Origin: Squalus acanthias
Taxonomy: Eukaryota
Assembly (NCBI GenBank): GCA_030390025.1
Contig: CM059432.1
Coordinates: 23,686,001 to 23,750,000 of the forward strand
Length of the DNA: 64,000 bases
Direction of reading: 5' to 3'
Below are positions 1 to 13,639 of this stretch, in pieces; position 1 is the first letter of the stretch, and each line of letters starts with the position of its first letter. The translations under genes were made by a program, and so were the position numbers. The notes below the pieces were generated by a model, which saw only the letters and a program-made list of their open reading frames with translations, searched no databases and had not been told where the DNA came from.

Positions 1-59
1 TTAAAGTAAGGTTGGTTTACATATAAGGTAATGGATACCTAAGAGTAACCACAAGCCAG

Positions 60-700
60 AAATGTCATTGAATTCAGATGGCTATATAAGCTAAAATGCA
101 AAGCTGGATTAGTTATTGGCTAAATTCAGAGGAAATTATGACCTGGCAATCGCTCGTATCCATTGCTTTTTGTGGAGTTGCTGTATAAGCTGTTGGTCAG
201 AGCCCATTTGGCGTATTGTGTGCAGTTCCGGGTATGTTATCAAAGGGTATTGCTGCCCATGAAAAGGTACAGAGGTGAACAACAGCAGTGACTTAGGGTA
301 TCGGGAATTTAACTTCTGAGGAAAGGTTAAGGAAGTTGGGCTTGTTGATTTTGCAAAAAGAGGGGTCTCTGAGATTATCTAAGTAAAGTTTTCGAGTTTA
401 CGAAGGCAATTCACAAACTTTCAAGTACATTTCTCAATAAAATGAGGTATTCAAATACCAAGGGACGCAAGTTTAAAATTCAGAAGGTGGGAATTAGAAG
501 GTAAGTGAGGCAGATCTTTTTCACCCAAAAGGTAATCGAGTTGTGGAATAAGTTACTACGATCGTAATCACATTTATACAGCACTCTTCGTGTAAAAGAA
601 TATCTGAATGTTTTACAAAGGATTGAGATGGACATCAGGCTAGAAATGAGGCAATTTGAGTGAGAGGGAGGAGAGAAGAGGGTCCAATGGCGCAATCGGG
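60..700 (+). mobile_element. Old degenerate CR1 LINE 3' fragment
   Basis: Decayed motifs shared with younger CR1 copies in the window (tattgtgtgcagttc, ttttcacccaaaaggtaatcgagttgtggaa). Boundaries approximate. Confidence 0.6.
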
Positions 701-1994
701 AGCGTAGATTTGTATTAAGACTTTTGAAGGTGGGGAGAAAAGTAAAAAGCAGGGTGGATTAGGGAGAGAATTTCAGAGGGCAGGTGTGTAATCGCAGAAA
801 TATTGGTCTCTAATAGTGGAATAGGGAGCCCGCAATAATCCAAAGTCACAGGAATATAGGTAGTGGTCTAGGATGTACGGCAGTGCATCACCAGGTTCAG
901 TCTGAGTGAGCAGTTAGGCAGGTCAATGGATTCAAAATTCAATAAATTGTGAAACCTGAACAGGTGTCTTCAGTTTTGCTGGTGTTCAGCTGTAAGAAAT
1001 AGTGATTTGTCCGGCACTTGATGTCGGACAGTCAGATAGTACAAGTGCAAATAGCTCTTGGATTTCTTCTTCACCAAGATAAAGACCATCCATTACGCTT
1101 CTTCAGCTGCTTCCCACTTCCCCTTCCTCTCCAGTCCAAACTCTTCAGTCCCCCGCTACCTTAGCCCTCATCTCCTGCCTCTCTCTAGTTTCTCTCCCCT
1201 TACCCCTATGACCTTTCCAAGCTCATCTCCATGAGATCCCTCAACACCATTCAAACTAAACTCCAAAGCACTCAGCTTCCCTTCCCGGTCCCCATGCTAG
1301 CTGACATTGTAAATGGTTACCTCACCTCAAACGCTTTCCCCCTACCTTTGAAAACTGCCATCATCCTCGCCTCCTCAAAAAACCCGCGTCCTAGCGAACT
1401 AATGCCTGAACTACAACCTCCCTTTCCTCGCTAAGATCCTTGAATATGTTGTCGCCTCCCAGATACGTGCTCAGTTTGAATCTCTCCAGCTTTCTATCCC
1501 CTCCACAGCACTGAAACAACCTTAACTGAAGAATGAATGCCATTCTCTGTGACTGTGATCATGGTACATTATCTCTCCTCATTCTCTCTGCAACCTTTGA
1601 CATAGTTGATCACTCCTCCAATGCCTGTCCTCCGTTGTCCAGCTTGGCAGGACTGTTCTCACCTGGTTCACTCTTGCCTATCCGATTGTATATCAGAACA
1701 CCTCTAGCAATGGCTTCTCTTCCCACCCCACACTGTCACTATGAGAGTCCCCCAAAGATCTGTCCTTGGCCCCCACATCTCCCTTATCTACATGCTGCCT
1801 TTAGCAACATCATCCACAGACATGCCATCAACTTCTACACAAATGCTGATGGCATGCAGTTCTACTTCTTCACTACCTCTCTCAACCTTCCACTGCCTCT
1901 TGTGTTGTCAGTTTGCTTGTCCAATATCCAGTTTTGGATGAGCTGTAATTTCCTCAAATTGAACCTTGTCTCTCGTCACAAGCTCTGCACCTTG

Positions 1995-2239
1995 CCACTC
2001 ACTCTAGCCCCTCCCTGGCCACTCACTCTAGCCCCTCCCTGGCCACTCACTCTAGCCCCTTCCTGGCCACTCACTCTAGCCCCTCCCTGGCCACTCACTC
2101 TAGCCCCTGCCTGGCCACTCACTCTAGCCCCTCCCTGGCCACTCACTCTAGCCCCTGCCTGGCCACTCACTCTAGCCCCTGCCTGGCCACTCACTCTAGC
2201 CCCTCCCTGGCCACTCACTCTAGCCCCTCCCTGGCCACT
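1995..2239 (+). repeat. 24-bp minisatellite, about 10 copies of CCACTCACTCTAGCCCCT(C/G)CCTGG
   Basis: Directly visible tandem array. It produces the PLTLAPPW repeat in ORF 1533..2351. Confidence 0.97.
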
Positions 2240-2385
2240 TACTCAGGCTGAATCAGACAGTTTGAAACCTTGGTGTCCTGTTTTACTCCGAGCTGAGTTT
2301 CTGACCCCATATTCTCTCCATCACATAGACCACCTACTTTCAACAATGTAAAGTCGCCCAACTCCATACCTCCCTCAGCTCATCA

Positions 2386-2750
2386 GACTGTCTGTGTGGA
2401 GTTTGCACATTCTCCCCGTGTCTGCGTGGGTTTCCTCCGGGTGCTCCGGTTTCCTCCCACAGTCCAAAAATGTGTGGGTTAGGTTGATTTGGCTATGATA
2501 AATTGACCCTTAGTGTTAGGGGGGATTAAATATGTGGGGTTATGGGGATAGGATGGGATATGTTAGGGGGAATTAAATACGTGGGGTTACGGGGGTAGGG
2601 TGGGATATGTGTACTGTGGGGATTAAAGCAGGGACAGGGTACTGGATTTGGATGATCAGCCATGATCGTATTGAATGGCGGAGCAGGCTCGACGGGCCGA
2701 ATGGCCTACTCCTGCTCCTAGTTTCTATGTTTCTATGTTTCTATGTTTCT
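2386..2750 (+). mobile_element. HE1/V-SINE-type SINE, 5'-truncated, with CR1-derived 3' tail
   Basis: V-domain-like ggagtttgcacattctccccgtgtctgcgtgggtttcctccgggtgctccggtttcctcccaca, CR1 tail and (TTTCTATG)n. It splits the L2 at ctcagctcatc|tgccactgaa. Confidence 0.85.
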
Positions 2751-3319
2751 ATCTGCCACTGAAATCTTCATTTATGCTCTTGTCACCTCCATACTTAATT
2801 ACTCCAGTGCTCTACTGGCCAGAATTCCATGCTCCACCTTCTGAAAACATCAGCTCATCCATAACTCTGCTACGCATTCCCTATTCCGCACCAAGTCCAC
2901 CCATTGCCCGTCCTTGCTGACCTACATTGTGTCCTGGTACCCCAACACCTCAGTTTCAAAATTCTTACCCTTGTATTTAAAACCCGCCATAGCTTGCCCT
3001 CTGTGACCTTCTTCACCCCTGCAAATTCTTTGTTCTTCTGAATCAGGTCTCTTGGGCATTCCTTCCCCTCTTTTCCTCCCCCAGCATTGGTGGCTGTGCC
3101 TTCAGCCACAAGGCCTCATGCTCTGGAATTCCCTCTCTAAACCTCTCTGTTTCTCGACATCCTTCTCTCTTTTTAAGGCTCCCCTTAAAATCTACCTCAT
3201 TGACCCAGCTTGCGATCAGTCCTCTTTCTTTAGGTTGGTATCTGTTTTTCTTTCAGTCTTTGTTTTTCTACATTAAAGGTGTTACATAAGTTGTTGTAGT
3301 AGTAGTAGTAGCAGCAGTC

Positions 3320-4560
3320 ATAGTAGTACTATAGCAACAGTCAATGGCGGTGACACAGAGGTAGAGTTGGTTTTACCTTGCATGTGGAAGCTGACCCTGC
3401 GGTTGCCAATAATGTTGCCAAGGGCTGACAAAGGTGATAAATAGGAGCTGATCAACGATAGAGTCCAGGGGTACATTACAGATGACAATGACAGGAAGAA
3501 AAGCCATTTGAGCAGATCCAATGACTGCACTAGGACAGGTTGGAGTGGTGCCACAAGAGCGTGGTACCATGAGGTGGACTCACAGAGGAGTTGTGTTAGT
3601 GATAGTTGATGGTGTTGAAGGTGTTCGAGAGCTTGAGGAAGAACAGACAGTAGGGTCACAGTCACACAGGAAGCTATTGTTTACTCTGATCAGGGTGGTC
3701 TCACTGCTGTGGCCTAGTTACAACTTGGCTTGGAGTGTCTGGAACAGGGAATGGCCAGTGAGGTGACAGAGGGCTGGATTTTCATTGACCCGTGGAGGCG
3801 TGTGGGGGGTTAAAATTGCAAAAAGTGGCGGGCAGACACAAGTCCGCCTCCATCCCGCCTCCACGCAATTTTGATGAAATCGTGTCTGCTGGTCCCGCCT
3901 GCGTCCCGCTTTTAAGAGACGGGATAGGCTGTTAAGGCCCTTAACAAGCACTAAATTGGCTCTATAATGCCATTTTGAAAGGCCTTTGTGATTTTAACCC
4001 TTGTTCTACGTGAAGCACGCCTGTTCTGAAACACGATTGTGAAACCTGGCGGGAGCACATGTGGATAGCTGAATATCAGTGGCTGCGCTGAGTATCAGTG
4101 AGTGGCTGGCTGGCATCTGGGAGTGGTGGAGCAAAAAAAAATTCTCTCTCCTCTCTCTCTCTCTCTCTCTCAGCTGCTGCTCATTTTGCATCCAGGTCCT
4201 CTCACAGCAAAGGCCAGGCAGTCTCTGACCTTCAATGCAGCTTCAATGATGACATCATCAGAGGCGACTTTCAGACTGAAACCACTAATTGGGTCATGGG
4301 TTCCCACTTGCTGGAACTCAATTGCCCAATTAGGTGAAAATCGCATCAATCTCCCACATCCAATTGCAGTCGGGTGGATAACACGAAATGCGGATAACAT
4401 GACCCTAACCCGCCCCAGTATCAAAATCCAGCCCAGAGAGTCTCGGGGAAAGACACTGAAGACAGTACAAAAAAAGTGAACCAGAGGTGTTTTTGGAGAG
4501 AGAAGGGATTGAGAAATACGGTGAGAAAGTGGTAGGTATGCTGATCTCTGAAAAGAGGTT
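3320..4560 (-). mobile_element. Very old L2 RT fragment (minus strand) split by a MITE
   Basis: Reverse translation includes SALGNIIG..VSFHM, resembling L2 RT PLGDII..GVSFH. Heavily decayed. Confidence 0.5.
3771..4434. mobile_element. PIF/Harbinger-like MITE, family B, with central (TC)n
   Basis: TIRs GGGCTGGATTTT/AAAATCCAGCCC and 3-bp TSD AGA. Homologous to 10742-11229 and 20124-20881. Confidence 0.88.
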
Positions 4561-4642
4561 TGAGCTTGTTGTGTCTTATGGCCTTTTCCTGTTCCTAAGA
4601 ATTCTCTTTACTTAGGGTGCAGTAGTAATTTCAAAAAAATGA

Positions 4643-4942
<300 letters not shown>

Positions 4943-5879
4943 TAATGGGGGAGTTTCATTTGAAAGGAGCATGGGTCAGATTTTCAGCATTACTGTATTG
5001 TAGCCCAGTTTTGGACCTGTGCTTCCATCGAGCATGGCTCTCTGCTGGTAGAATCAGATTGCTGAATTCACCCTATAATCTATTCTCTTCACAATTGTCC
5101 ACACAAATAAATGGCAAACCTGCATTTGTAATGTCTTGTTTGATTAGCTTCTTCTTATTGTAAACTTTGGGAACATAACAAGAAACGCACATATAAAAAC
5201 CAGATCAATAGAATACAATTGGCCAGTTTAATGGACTGTTAAATACTGAGCAAAAGGATCAAATAAACGAGGGAAAGTTCTCTGTATAGGAAGTAGTCAA
5301 TATCTGTTATATCGACAATCTTCATCACTCGACTGTCAGTTTACTTGCCATAAGGTTCTCAACATATTTTGTCTGTGCCTATGTGATTACTAATTAGGAA
5401 AGAGGTTGACAGGAGAACAATCAAAACACTCATGGTCAAGATAGGATATTATGCTTTTTTATGTAGAAATTAAGAAGAAAATATAGGCCCGATCCAGGGA
5501 TCCTGGATTAAAAAAAAAAGCCACCAGGATCACTGAGCAAGGCCCAGATTACACACTGGCAGCATGATGAGCTAACCTTGCTGGATGCTGGTAGATCAGA
5601 TCATGACTATCAATATCGTACACTCGCAGCACAGCATGAGCCTTGTAATGGAAGCAAGATGAAGGGCCCTTCACAGAATATCATGAGCATTCAGCCTTTA
5701 AAGAGCTGCTGTTCAAAATTAAAGGTAAGTAGCTGCAAATGGGGTACATACATTAGAGCCGTTTTAACGGAGTGCGGGGGGGAGGGAAGTAATAACCAAG
5801 AACAAAGGGAAGAATGCTCAAAGCAGTCTGTGAGCAAATGATGTACGATGCTGCTCCGACTCCTATTTCATGCTGGCAA

Positions 5880-6011
5880 AGTGGATGAGGGAATCAAGGG
5901 ATATGGGGATAGGGCGGGAAAGTGGAGTTGAGGTCGAAGATCAGCTATGATCTTATTGAATGGCGGAGCAGGCTTGAGGGGCCGTATGGCCTACTCCTGC
6001 TCCTGTGTTCA
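5880..6011 (+). mobile_element. CR1 LINE 3' tail fragment
   Basis: gatcagctatgatcttattgaatggcggagcaggcttgaggggccgtatggcctactcctgctcct is the same tail as in other CR1/HE1 copies. Confidence 0.8.
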
Positions 6012-7265
6012 AATTACATCATTTGTGACTGTGACAAAGGTAAACTATCCCTCCTCATCCTTCTTGACTTGACTGCAGCCTTTGACACGGTTGACCACGC
6101 CATCCTTCTCCAACGCCTCTCCACCGTCGTCCAGCTGGGTGGGACTGCACTCGCCTGGTTCCATTCTTATCTATCTAATCATAGCCAGAGAATCACCTGC
6201 AACGGCTTCTCTTCCCGCTCCCGCATAGTTACCTCTGGTGTCCCCCAAGGATCTATCCTTGGCCCCCTCCTCTTTCTCATCTACATGTTGCTCATGGAGA
6301 CATCATCCGAAAACACACTGTCAGTTTCCACATGTACACTGACGACATCCAGCGCTACCTCACTACTACTTCTCACAACCCCTCCACGGCCTCTAAATTG
6401 TCAGATTACTTGTCTGACATCCAGTTCTGGATGAGCAGAAATTTTCTCCAATTAAATATTGGGAAGACCGAAGCCATTGTTTTCAGTCCCTGACACAAAC
6501 TCCGTTCCCTAGCCACTGACTCCATCCTTCTCCCTAACGTCTGTCTGAAGCTGAACCACACTGTTTGCAACCTTGGTGTCATATTTGACCCTGAAATGAG
6601 CTTCCGACCACATATCCGCAGCATAACTAAGACCGCCTATTTCCACCTCCACCTGTCTCCGCCCTTGCCTCAGCTCATCCGCTGCTGAAACCCTCATCCA
6701 TGCTTTGTTACCTCTAGACTTGACTATTCCAACGCACTCCTGGTTGGCCTCCCATATTCTACTCTATGTTAACTTGAGGTAATCCAAAACTCGGCTATCC
6801 GTGTCCTAACTTGCACCAAGTCCCGTTCACCCATCACCCCTGTGCTTGCTGACCTGCATTGGCTCCCGGTTAAGCAACGCCTCGATTTCAAAATTCTCAT
6901 CCTTGTTTTCAAATCCCTCCATGGCCTCGCACTTCCCTATCTCTGTAATCTCCTTCAGCCCCACAACCCCCCGAGATATCTGCGCTCCTCTAGTTCTGCC
7001 CTCTTGAGCATCCCTGATTATAATCGCTCAACCATTGGTGGCCGTGCCTTCTGTTGCCTAGGCCGTAAGCTCTGGAATTCCCTGCCTAAACCTCTCCGCC
7101 TTGCTACCTCTCTTTCCTCCTTGAACATGCTCCTTAAAACCTACCTCTTTCCCTGCCCTAATGTGACTCGGTGCTAAATTTTTTGTCTTAAAATACTCCT
7201 GTGCAGCGCCTTGGGACGTTTTACTATATTAAAGGTGCTATATAAATACAAGTTGTTGTTGTTAT
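6012..7265 (+). mobile_element. L2-clade LINE, 5'-truncated (RT C-terminal half + 3' tail)
   Basis: [31 protein letters not shown] and LHWLPVKQRLDFKIL. Tail ...aaaggtgctatataaatacaagttgttgttgtt. Frameshifted. Confidence 0.93.
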
Positions 7266-7384
7266 TTCTTAGGTTCTCATGAGCTGTTGCATGAGGAGGG
7301 TGCAAGAATGCTGCACTCTCTGGTTCTCCCCCTCTTAATAACCTCCTGCTCCTGCACCCCAAGTTGTGGAGTTACAGAGACGAT

Positions 7385-8061
7385 GGCCCGGATTTTCCGG
7401 TGCCTATGATAGTGTACACATAGCGTATGTGGTCGTAAGTGCCCCGCAAGTTCCAGGTTTCTGCATGCAATGCACATGCGCGAAAACCCTGCACTTGCGA
7501 TCAGTCAAGTTTGCCCAATTACTGCCCAGTAAATGCCCACCAAACCCTTACGCCTGGTAAAAGCAGGCGTAAGGCCGCCTTTACCAGCGTAAGTGTTTAA
7601 ATACATTTTCAAAAAAATGTTTTTAAATGATTTAACCATACAAAAAACTGTTAAAATTAGTTTAGGTTATTTTTGGCCCCTTGAAAAATGTTTACATTTA
7701 TTTTTCAAAAAGTTACATTTTTGTTTTTAATGTTTAATTAAATTGTATGTTAATTTTGAACATGTGATGATTTATTTTTATTTTAGTGTTGTGAAATGTA
7801 TTTTTTGGGTGATTTCTATGATGCTTATGGGGAATCCCCATAAGCATAATGGGAATCCGCCTTTGTGATTGGTTGGGCCGGCCCAACGCGATCCAGGGAC
7901 GCTTGCGAACCGCATGTGCCCCTGGGAAACGTGGGCCTTTACGCAGGCGTACCTCTGCAGGCCCAGGAGCGCGAGTCTTCGCAGATACGGAGGCACCAGG
8001 TAGGTGCGTACATTTCTTGCAGTTTGGAGGCATTCGCCCGCGGGAAGCCTCCATCCAGCCC
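7385..8061. mobile_element. PIF/Harbinger-like MITE, family A (GC-rich arms, AT-rich core)
   Basis: Begins GGCCCGGATTTTCC and ends ATCCAGCCC. Shares cttacgcctggtaaaagcaggcgtaaggcc with 11810-12511. Confidence 0.75.
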
Positions 8062-8659
8062 AATGTAGATTCTGCCAACACGACAGTGCAGTGTATTGGA
8101 ATATCAGTGTATAGAATTTCTTCACCAACCATTATACGGTAAGCATTATGCATGTATATGCTTAGTTACAATTGCATAAAGCAATTTAAAGCAATCAGTA
8201 ATTTAAAAAAATGATGTGGTTAAAATGACTCATTGCTGTTCTGCTAAAAATTATTTTATGCAATTCTATCCAGTATTTTTAAATGACACTTTAAAAGCAG
8301 CATGGAAATTGCTTCAGTAAAGCAATTAAAAAGACAATAATTTTATTAGTGTGATAACCTGTCGGATTGCTTTAGAGTCATCTTCCCCCTCAGGTGAATC
8401 AAAAAGGCTGATTACAACAGTTCCATTTTAAATACTAGGAGGTTTCATGAGATTTCTTCCTCCACCTCCTCCCCATCTCAGGGGGGTCCCTTCCATCCTG
8501 TGGAGAAACTCCTCTGCTTGGCCTCTTCATGATGACAGATCTTCAAATGTATTCCCTTTGTTTAGAAATCTATTCAAATATGATTTACATCAAAACCAGC
8601 AAAAATAGAACTGTGACATTTGCAGAGATGCATCTAAGCAGTCTGAACATTCACACATG

Positions 8660-9423
8660 GGCCTGTAATTTGCGGTCAGTGGCGAAGCAAAGACGCTGGC
8701 CGCTGGCCTCGAAGAAAGCTGCCCACAGAGAACTCTCGATCTCTGTGGCGAGAAGTTTGCCTTTCTCGACGTGCGATTGATCGTAACGCAGTGTAATGGG
8801 AATTCCCAGCGAGGAGCTGCAGTGACGTCAACAAGCTGTCTAAGCGGCCAATCGCATTGATGAGTTCTCACAGACATCAAACCAGGAAATGAAAAGCAGC
8901 TTTTATCCTCACTTTTTCAAAATGTAACAGAGAGCGAAATAAAGATTGGGACTTTCACATGGGGATAAGGTAGAAGCTGAAATATCATTACTTTGAAGTT
9001 TAAAAAAATTGTAATTTTTATCATAATGGAGAAATTTGACACGCCACAAATGTAAAAATTAGTTTTGTCAGGGCCAGAATGATTTTTTAGCAGTCAATAT
9101 GCTGTTACAACCCCAGTTACACCTATTCCAACAAGGTGTAACATTTAATTATATTAAATCATATTTATCAGCAATATTAGCGTGCAAAAATCCTAGTTTT
9201 CATCAGTTCCACTGATTTCACTGCTTACACTGATTGCCAGCTATACTGGGGGTGGGCATCCAGAGCGCAGCCTGTGTCGGAGCAATGAATGACTGACCGC
9301 AACTTCAGGATTACCCCTATTTGATGAGCATACGCTAAATCCAGAAGTTGCGATCAGTTTCAGAGGGGTAATGACGGCGAATGCTGACAGTTCGCCATCA
9401 TTACCCACCGCAAAATCCGGGCC
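8660..9423. mobile_element. PIF/Harbinger-like MITE
   Basis: Imperfect TIRs GGCCTGTAATTTGCGGT/ACCGCAAAATCCGGGCC and TSD ATG. Confidence 0.8.
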
Positions 9424-9729
9424 ATGATATCTCACTTCTGGAAAATCTGCAGCAGCTGGGCAAAGAGCAGCCCAGAGGAAATATCTGAGGGATCTTCCGG
9501 TGTAAAACCAAATTGTTATTCAGGGAAACATATACATCCTGGTGATGTATCGAGGGAGTTGTTGAACCAATTAATATACGTGAAATGTATACATCAGAGA
9601 GGGCTGCAAATGCTGTCATGGAAACGTGAGTTACGGTGGCCACAACATGAGCAGCTTGTATTAAAACAAAGTCCTCGATGTGTGGTGCTCATCCAATACT
9701 CTTCAGTTGGAAATATATTTTCTGTAGAG

Positions 9730-10150
9730 AGATACTCATTGGAGTTTAGAAGAATGAGAGGTGATCTTATTGAAACATAGAAGATTCTGAGGGGGCTTGA
9801 CAGGGTAGATGCTGAGAGGATGTTTCCCCTCGTGGGGAAATCTAGAACTAGGGGGCATGGTTTCAGAATAAGGGGTTGCCCATTTAAGACGGAGATGAGG
9901 AGGAATTTCTTCTCTCAGAGGGTCGTGAATCTTTGGAATTCTCTACCCCAGAGAGCTGTGGAGGCGGAGTCAGTGAATATATTCAAGGCTGAGATAGACA
10001 GATATTTGAGCTACAGGAGAGTCGAGGGTTATGGGCAACAGGCAGGAAAGTGACATTGAGGCCAAGATCAGATGAGCCATGATGTTATTGAATGGCGGAG
10101 CAGGCTCGAGGGGCCAAATGGCCTACTCCTGCTCCTATTTCTTATGTTCC
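9730..10150 (+). mobile_element. CR1 LINE 3' fragment
   Basis: YSLEFRRMRGDLIET...RRNFFSQRVVNLWNSLP followed by the CR1 3' tail. Confidence 0.92.
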
Positions 10151-10564
10151 TTTACAATATTCTCCCTTTCTGTGCTGTTGATCCTGCTTCATGTTGGCTT
10201 AAAATTGCACTGGTGCCAGCTCCTTTTTGGTAGTGGCCATTGTTCATTGGATACCAATCAGAAATGGGAACCCTTGCCTGTTCTCCTCTCTCCCTTCCTA
10301 TTCCCAGCTGAGGCCAGTTGTAGAAGTTCTGCCATGTTGAGATTAGTTAACTTAACATGGACAAGGGCTTGAACCTGGATCCTTCCTGCTCAGTCGATCT
10401 CATTGTATCAGTCGGCAGTGTGTTTACCAGCTCAGTCATCAGTGGAACTTATTTACGAAACGTGGGCAAATTTTACTACAACGACAGCAACAGCAACCAC
10501 TTAAAAGCATATATACAGTAATGCCTTTTGCCAACCCACTATCTCAAATCATGAGACAATCAGA

Positions 10565-10938
10565 CAAGGTTCTATACAAGTTTAACATAACTTCTCTGCT
10601 TTTGAATTCTATTCCTCAAGAAATGAACCCCAGTGCTTTATTTGCACTTTTATGGCTTTTTTAACCGGTATTGCTACTTTTAATGATTTGTGAATCTATA
10701 CCCCTAGATCCCTTTGCACCTCTACCCCATTTAGACTCTTAGGGCTGGATTTTCAATGACCTGTGGAGTCGGGTTTGGAGGCATGTGGGGGGTTAAAGTT
10801 GCAGATTCGGGGGTCCCGACTCCATTCCGCCTCCACGCAATTTTGACAAAATCGGTCGCGGGGTTCCCGACTCTGTCCCGCCTCCAAGAGGCGGGAGAGG
10901 CCATTAAAGCCCTTAACAAGACCTAAATTGTGTGTGTC

Positions 10939-10987
<49 letters not shown>

Positions 10988-11340
10988 GCATCCAGGTCCA
11001 CTCACAGCAAAGGCCAGGCAGTCTCTGACCTGCAATGATGACATCATCAGAGGCGACTTTCAGACTCAAACCACTAATTGGTTCATGGGTTCCCACATGC
11101 TGCAACTCAATTGCCCAATTAAGTGAAAATTGCATCATTCATCCACATTAATCTGGAGTCGGGGGGGGGGGGGCAACACGAAATGCGGATTACACGACCC
11201 CAACCCGACCCCAAGACAAAATCCAGCCCTTATTTTCCAAGGAGTAGCTAGCCTCCTTATTCCTCCTACCAAAATGCACCACCTCACACTTATCTATATT
11301 GAAATTCATTTATCATTTACATGCCTATTCTGCAAGTTTG
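10565..11340 (-). mobile_element. CR1 RT fragment (minus strand) interrupted by MITE 10742-11229
   Basis: Similar to 29015-29300 and contiguous across the MITE. Confidence 0.8.
10742..11229. mobile_element. PIF/Harbinger-like MITE, family B (internally deleted)
   Basis: TIRs GGGCTGGATTTT/AAAATCCAGCCC, TSD TTA and a (TC)n core. Confidence 0.9.
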
Positions 11341-11809
11341 CTTACGGTAGAATTATTTAAAAGCTTTTAGTTCGTCATATACAAACTATTTAAAAAAAAA
11401 TTACTTGTCAGAAATGACTGGAACATAAAAGAACTGCATAATAATGCATTAACACTTCAGAAACGTCACTCAATTACACGGTTATGCATCGACAAACAAT
11501 CCAAAAGCCCATGGTGAGCTGAACGAGGCATATCTATTTGTGCAATTAGTATTAATTTTAAAGCTTGCAACATATTAGCCCATCCCTCATGTCACTATAC
11601 CAATGGCTGCACAAGCAGTAGGAGCAGTGGATTTCCTATGGCGCTGATGTGCTGTACATCCACATAAGTAATTAGAATATTAATCACAATACAAGCAGAC
11701 AACCAACAAATATAAAGTGCCGTAGTTCTTTAGTTCGCAGTATTAAAAAGAACTGAACAAAAACGGGTATCTGTATTTTCAACTTCAATCACTTCCATTA
11801 ACAAACGTT

Positions 11810-12511
11810 GGGCCGGATATTCCGATCCCTACGGGTGTGTACGCGCTGTGAACGCACCCATAGGGACATCGGAAATGCTGGTTTCAGGCATGTACAGCGC
11901 ATGCGCTGAAAACCGGCATTTCCGATCTGTCAAGAAAGCTCTTGACAGATCCTCCGGCTGCCCTGGAGAAGGGCCTCTGCGGGCGGATAGTTCCACTTTC
12001 TGGAGACCCTCCGCCCGCAGAAAACCCTTAGAATTCTTACGCCTGGTAAAAGCAGGCGTAAGGCCTGCTTTTACCAGGATAAGAGTTGAAAAAAGTAAAA
12101 AATATATATTTTTTTCACTCATTTATCATTTAAAAATACTTTTTAAAAAAAGGTATGTTTATTTTTAGCCCCGTAAAAAACTTTAATTATTTTTTTTCAA
12201 AAAATTACATTTTTGTTTAAAATATTAAATTTATTGCAATTTCAACTTATTTAAAGTTTTACTATGTTTTTGGGGTGATCTCCATTCACATATTTGACAG
12301 GTCTATCTGTCAAGTGTATGAACGGAGATTCCCTTCTTCTATTGGCTCCCCATGGCCCACGTGATCCCAGGGATGCTGCGAACTGCCTGTGCCTCTGGGA
12401 TACGTGGGCCCTGCGCACTTGGAGTTTGGAGAGGCCCAGCACCGGAAGTGTAGGCGCCTCGTGAACCCTCAGGTAAGTTTGTAGATTTTTCCAGTTCGGA
12501 AAATACGGCCC
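11810..12511. mobile_element. PIF/Harbinger-like MITE, family A
   Basis: TIRs GGGCCGGATATTCCGA/TCGGAAAATACGGCCC and TSD GTT. Confidence 0.88.
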
Positions 12512-12878
12512 GTTGTCTTCTTGAACCAGCACACCCCGCATGTAACATGTCAGAAATGCAGCACTTATTCACAAGTGCAGAAAAACGTCACCGAATTAAA
12601 AATAAAAGCAGGAAAAGCTATGCTTTAACAGAAATAAACATTCATCTTTCTTCCTGGACAGGAGAACCAATCAGACTGACTTGGAAATGTTTACTAATAT
12701 GTTGACGTAAAGATGTTAATTTACAAATTTCGCTTCTAATGTTTTTCTCTCAAACTTTCTCCACAATATTAATCCCTGCTCTTATCACGAAAAGTGTAAA
12801 ATTATTTTAGGTACTTCGCAATTAAATAGCGGGAAATAAACTACATTGCACTCTCAATTTTTAATCTCCTATTTCAAG

Positions 12879-13344
12879 TGTAAGACATGCGGAATTACCC
12901 CTCGCCCCGTCCAACAGGTTATAGAGTTCGGACTTGAGACTGATGAGAAATTACACCAGACACACGGGTTCTGCCTTTAACCTTTTATTGTTCCTAAGAC
13001 AGATTCAAAACCCCAACCACTATTCGAGCAGTTCACCAATAATATTACAGGAAATCATACATACAACCACCCGCCGATGATCGGTCCAGCGTTGATTGTA
13101 GTTCCTCGTAGGCACGATGACTGGCCAAGCCACCTTCTTCTGACTGCAGTGCTGACATTCTTTAGCTACTGTGCTTTATACAGCTTTCCTTGTCTTTTGC
13201 ATTAAATCATTCATTCAGAGATAGTGAAATGTTCCTTTAATGTTGGTCTGAGCTGTTTGAGCTGTCAAACATTTACATTAACTCATCCTCTGTGGCATAT
13301 CCTTATCACAGCCCAAAATTGTTCATTCACTCCTAAAGTTTACA
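12879..13344 (-). mobile_element. Probable solo LTR (466 bp)
   Basis: TGTAAG...TTTACA termini and near-TSD CAAG/AAAG. On the minus strand TATAAA (about 13175-13180) lies upstream of AATAAA (about 12984-12989), giving U3-R-U5 order. Confidence 0.72.
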
Positions 13345-13639
13345 AAAGTAGCAGAAAACCACTTGATTAGGTTCATGAGTTACGTAGTATTCTGCATTTC
13401 AAAACTTCAAAGGTTTGAATTCTCACCTCAGGAAGGTCACCAGAGACACCATGTCTACAATACTCAGGGGTTTTGTTTATCTCTGTTGTCTATCACTACC
13501 CCCTGCAGTCACAACCATGTTTCCTGCCTTCTCAGTGAAAGACTGCTTGTTACATTCACCAACTTTATTTCACTTTGTAAAACCTTTTTGCCTGGCAAAA
13601 CATTTCAAGAAATATTAAAAATTAAGGGTCTGAATACAA

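Larger units (their letters stand above)
1050..3300 (+). mobile_element. Degenerate L2-clade LINE (RT region to 3' tail), interrupted by a minisatellite and a SINE
   Basis: RT remnants (ILCDCDHG..SLLILSATFDIVDH; VPQRSVLGP), similarity to the L2 at 6012-7265, and an L2-type tail (taaaggtgttacataagttgttg). Confidence 0.8.

Noticed and set aside
1995..2239. CRISPR-like array
   Set aside because: Head-to-tail repeats with no unique spacers, in eukaryotic intronic context.
1533..2351. 272-aa ORF with PLTLAPPW repeats as a novel repeat protein
   Set aside because: It is decayed L2 RT sequence read through a 24-bp minisatellite, with no exon structure.
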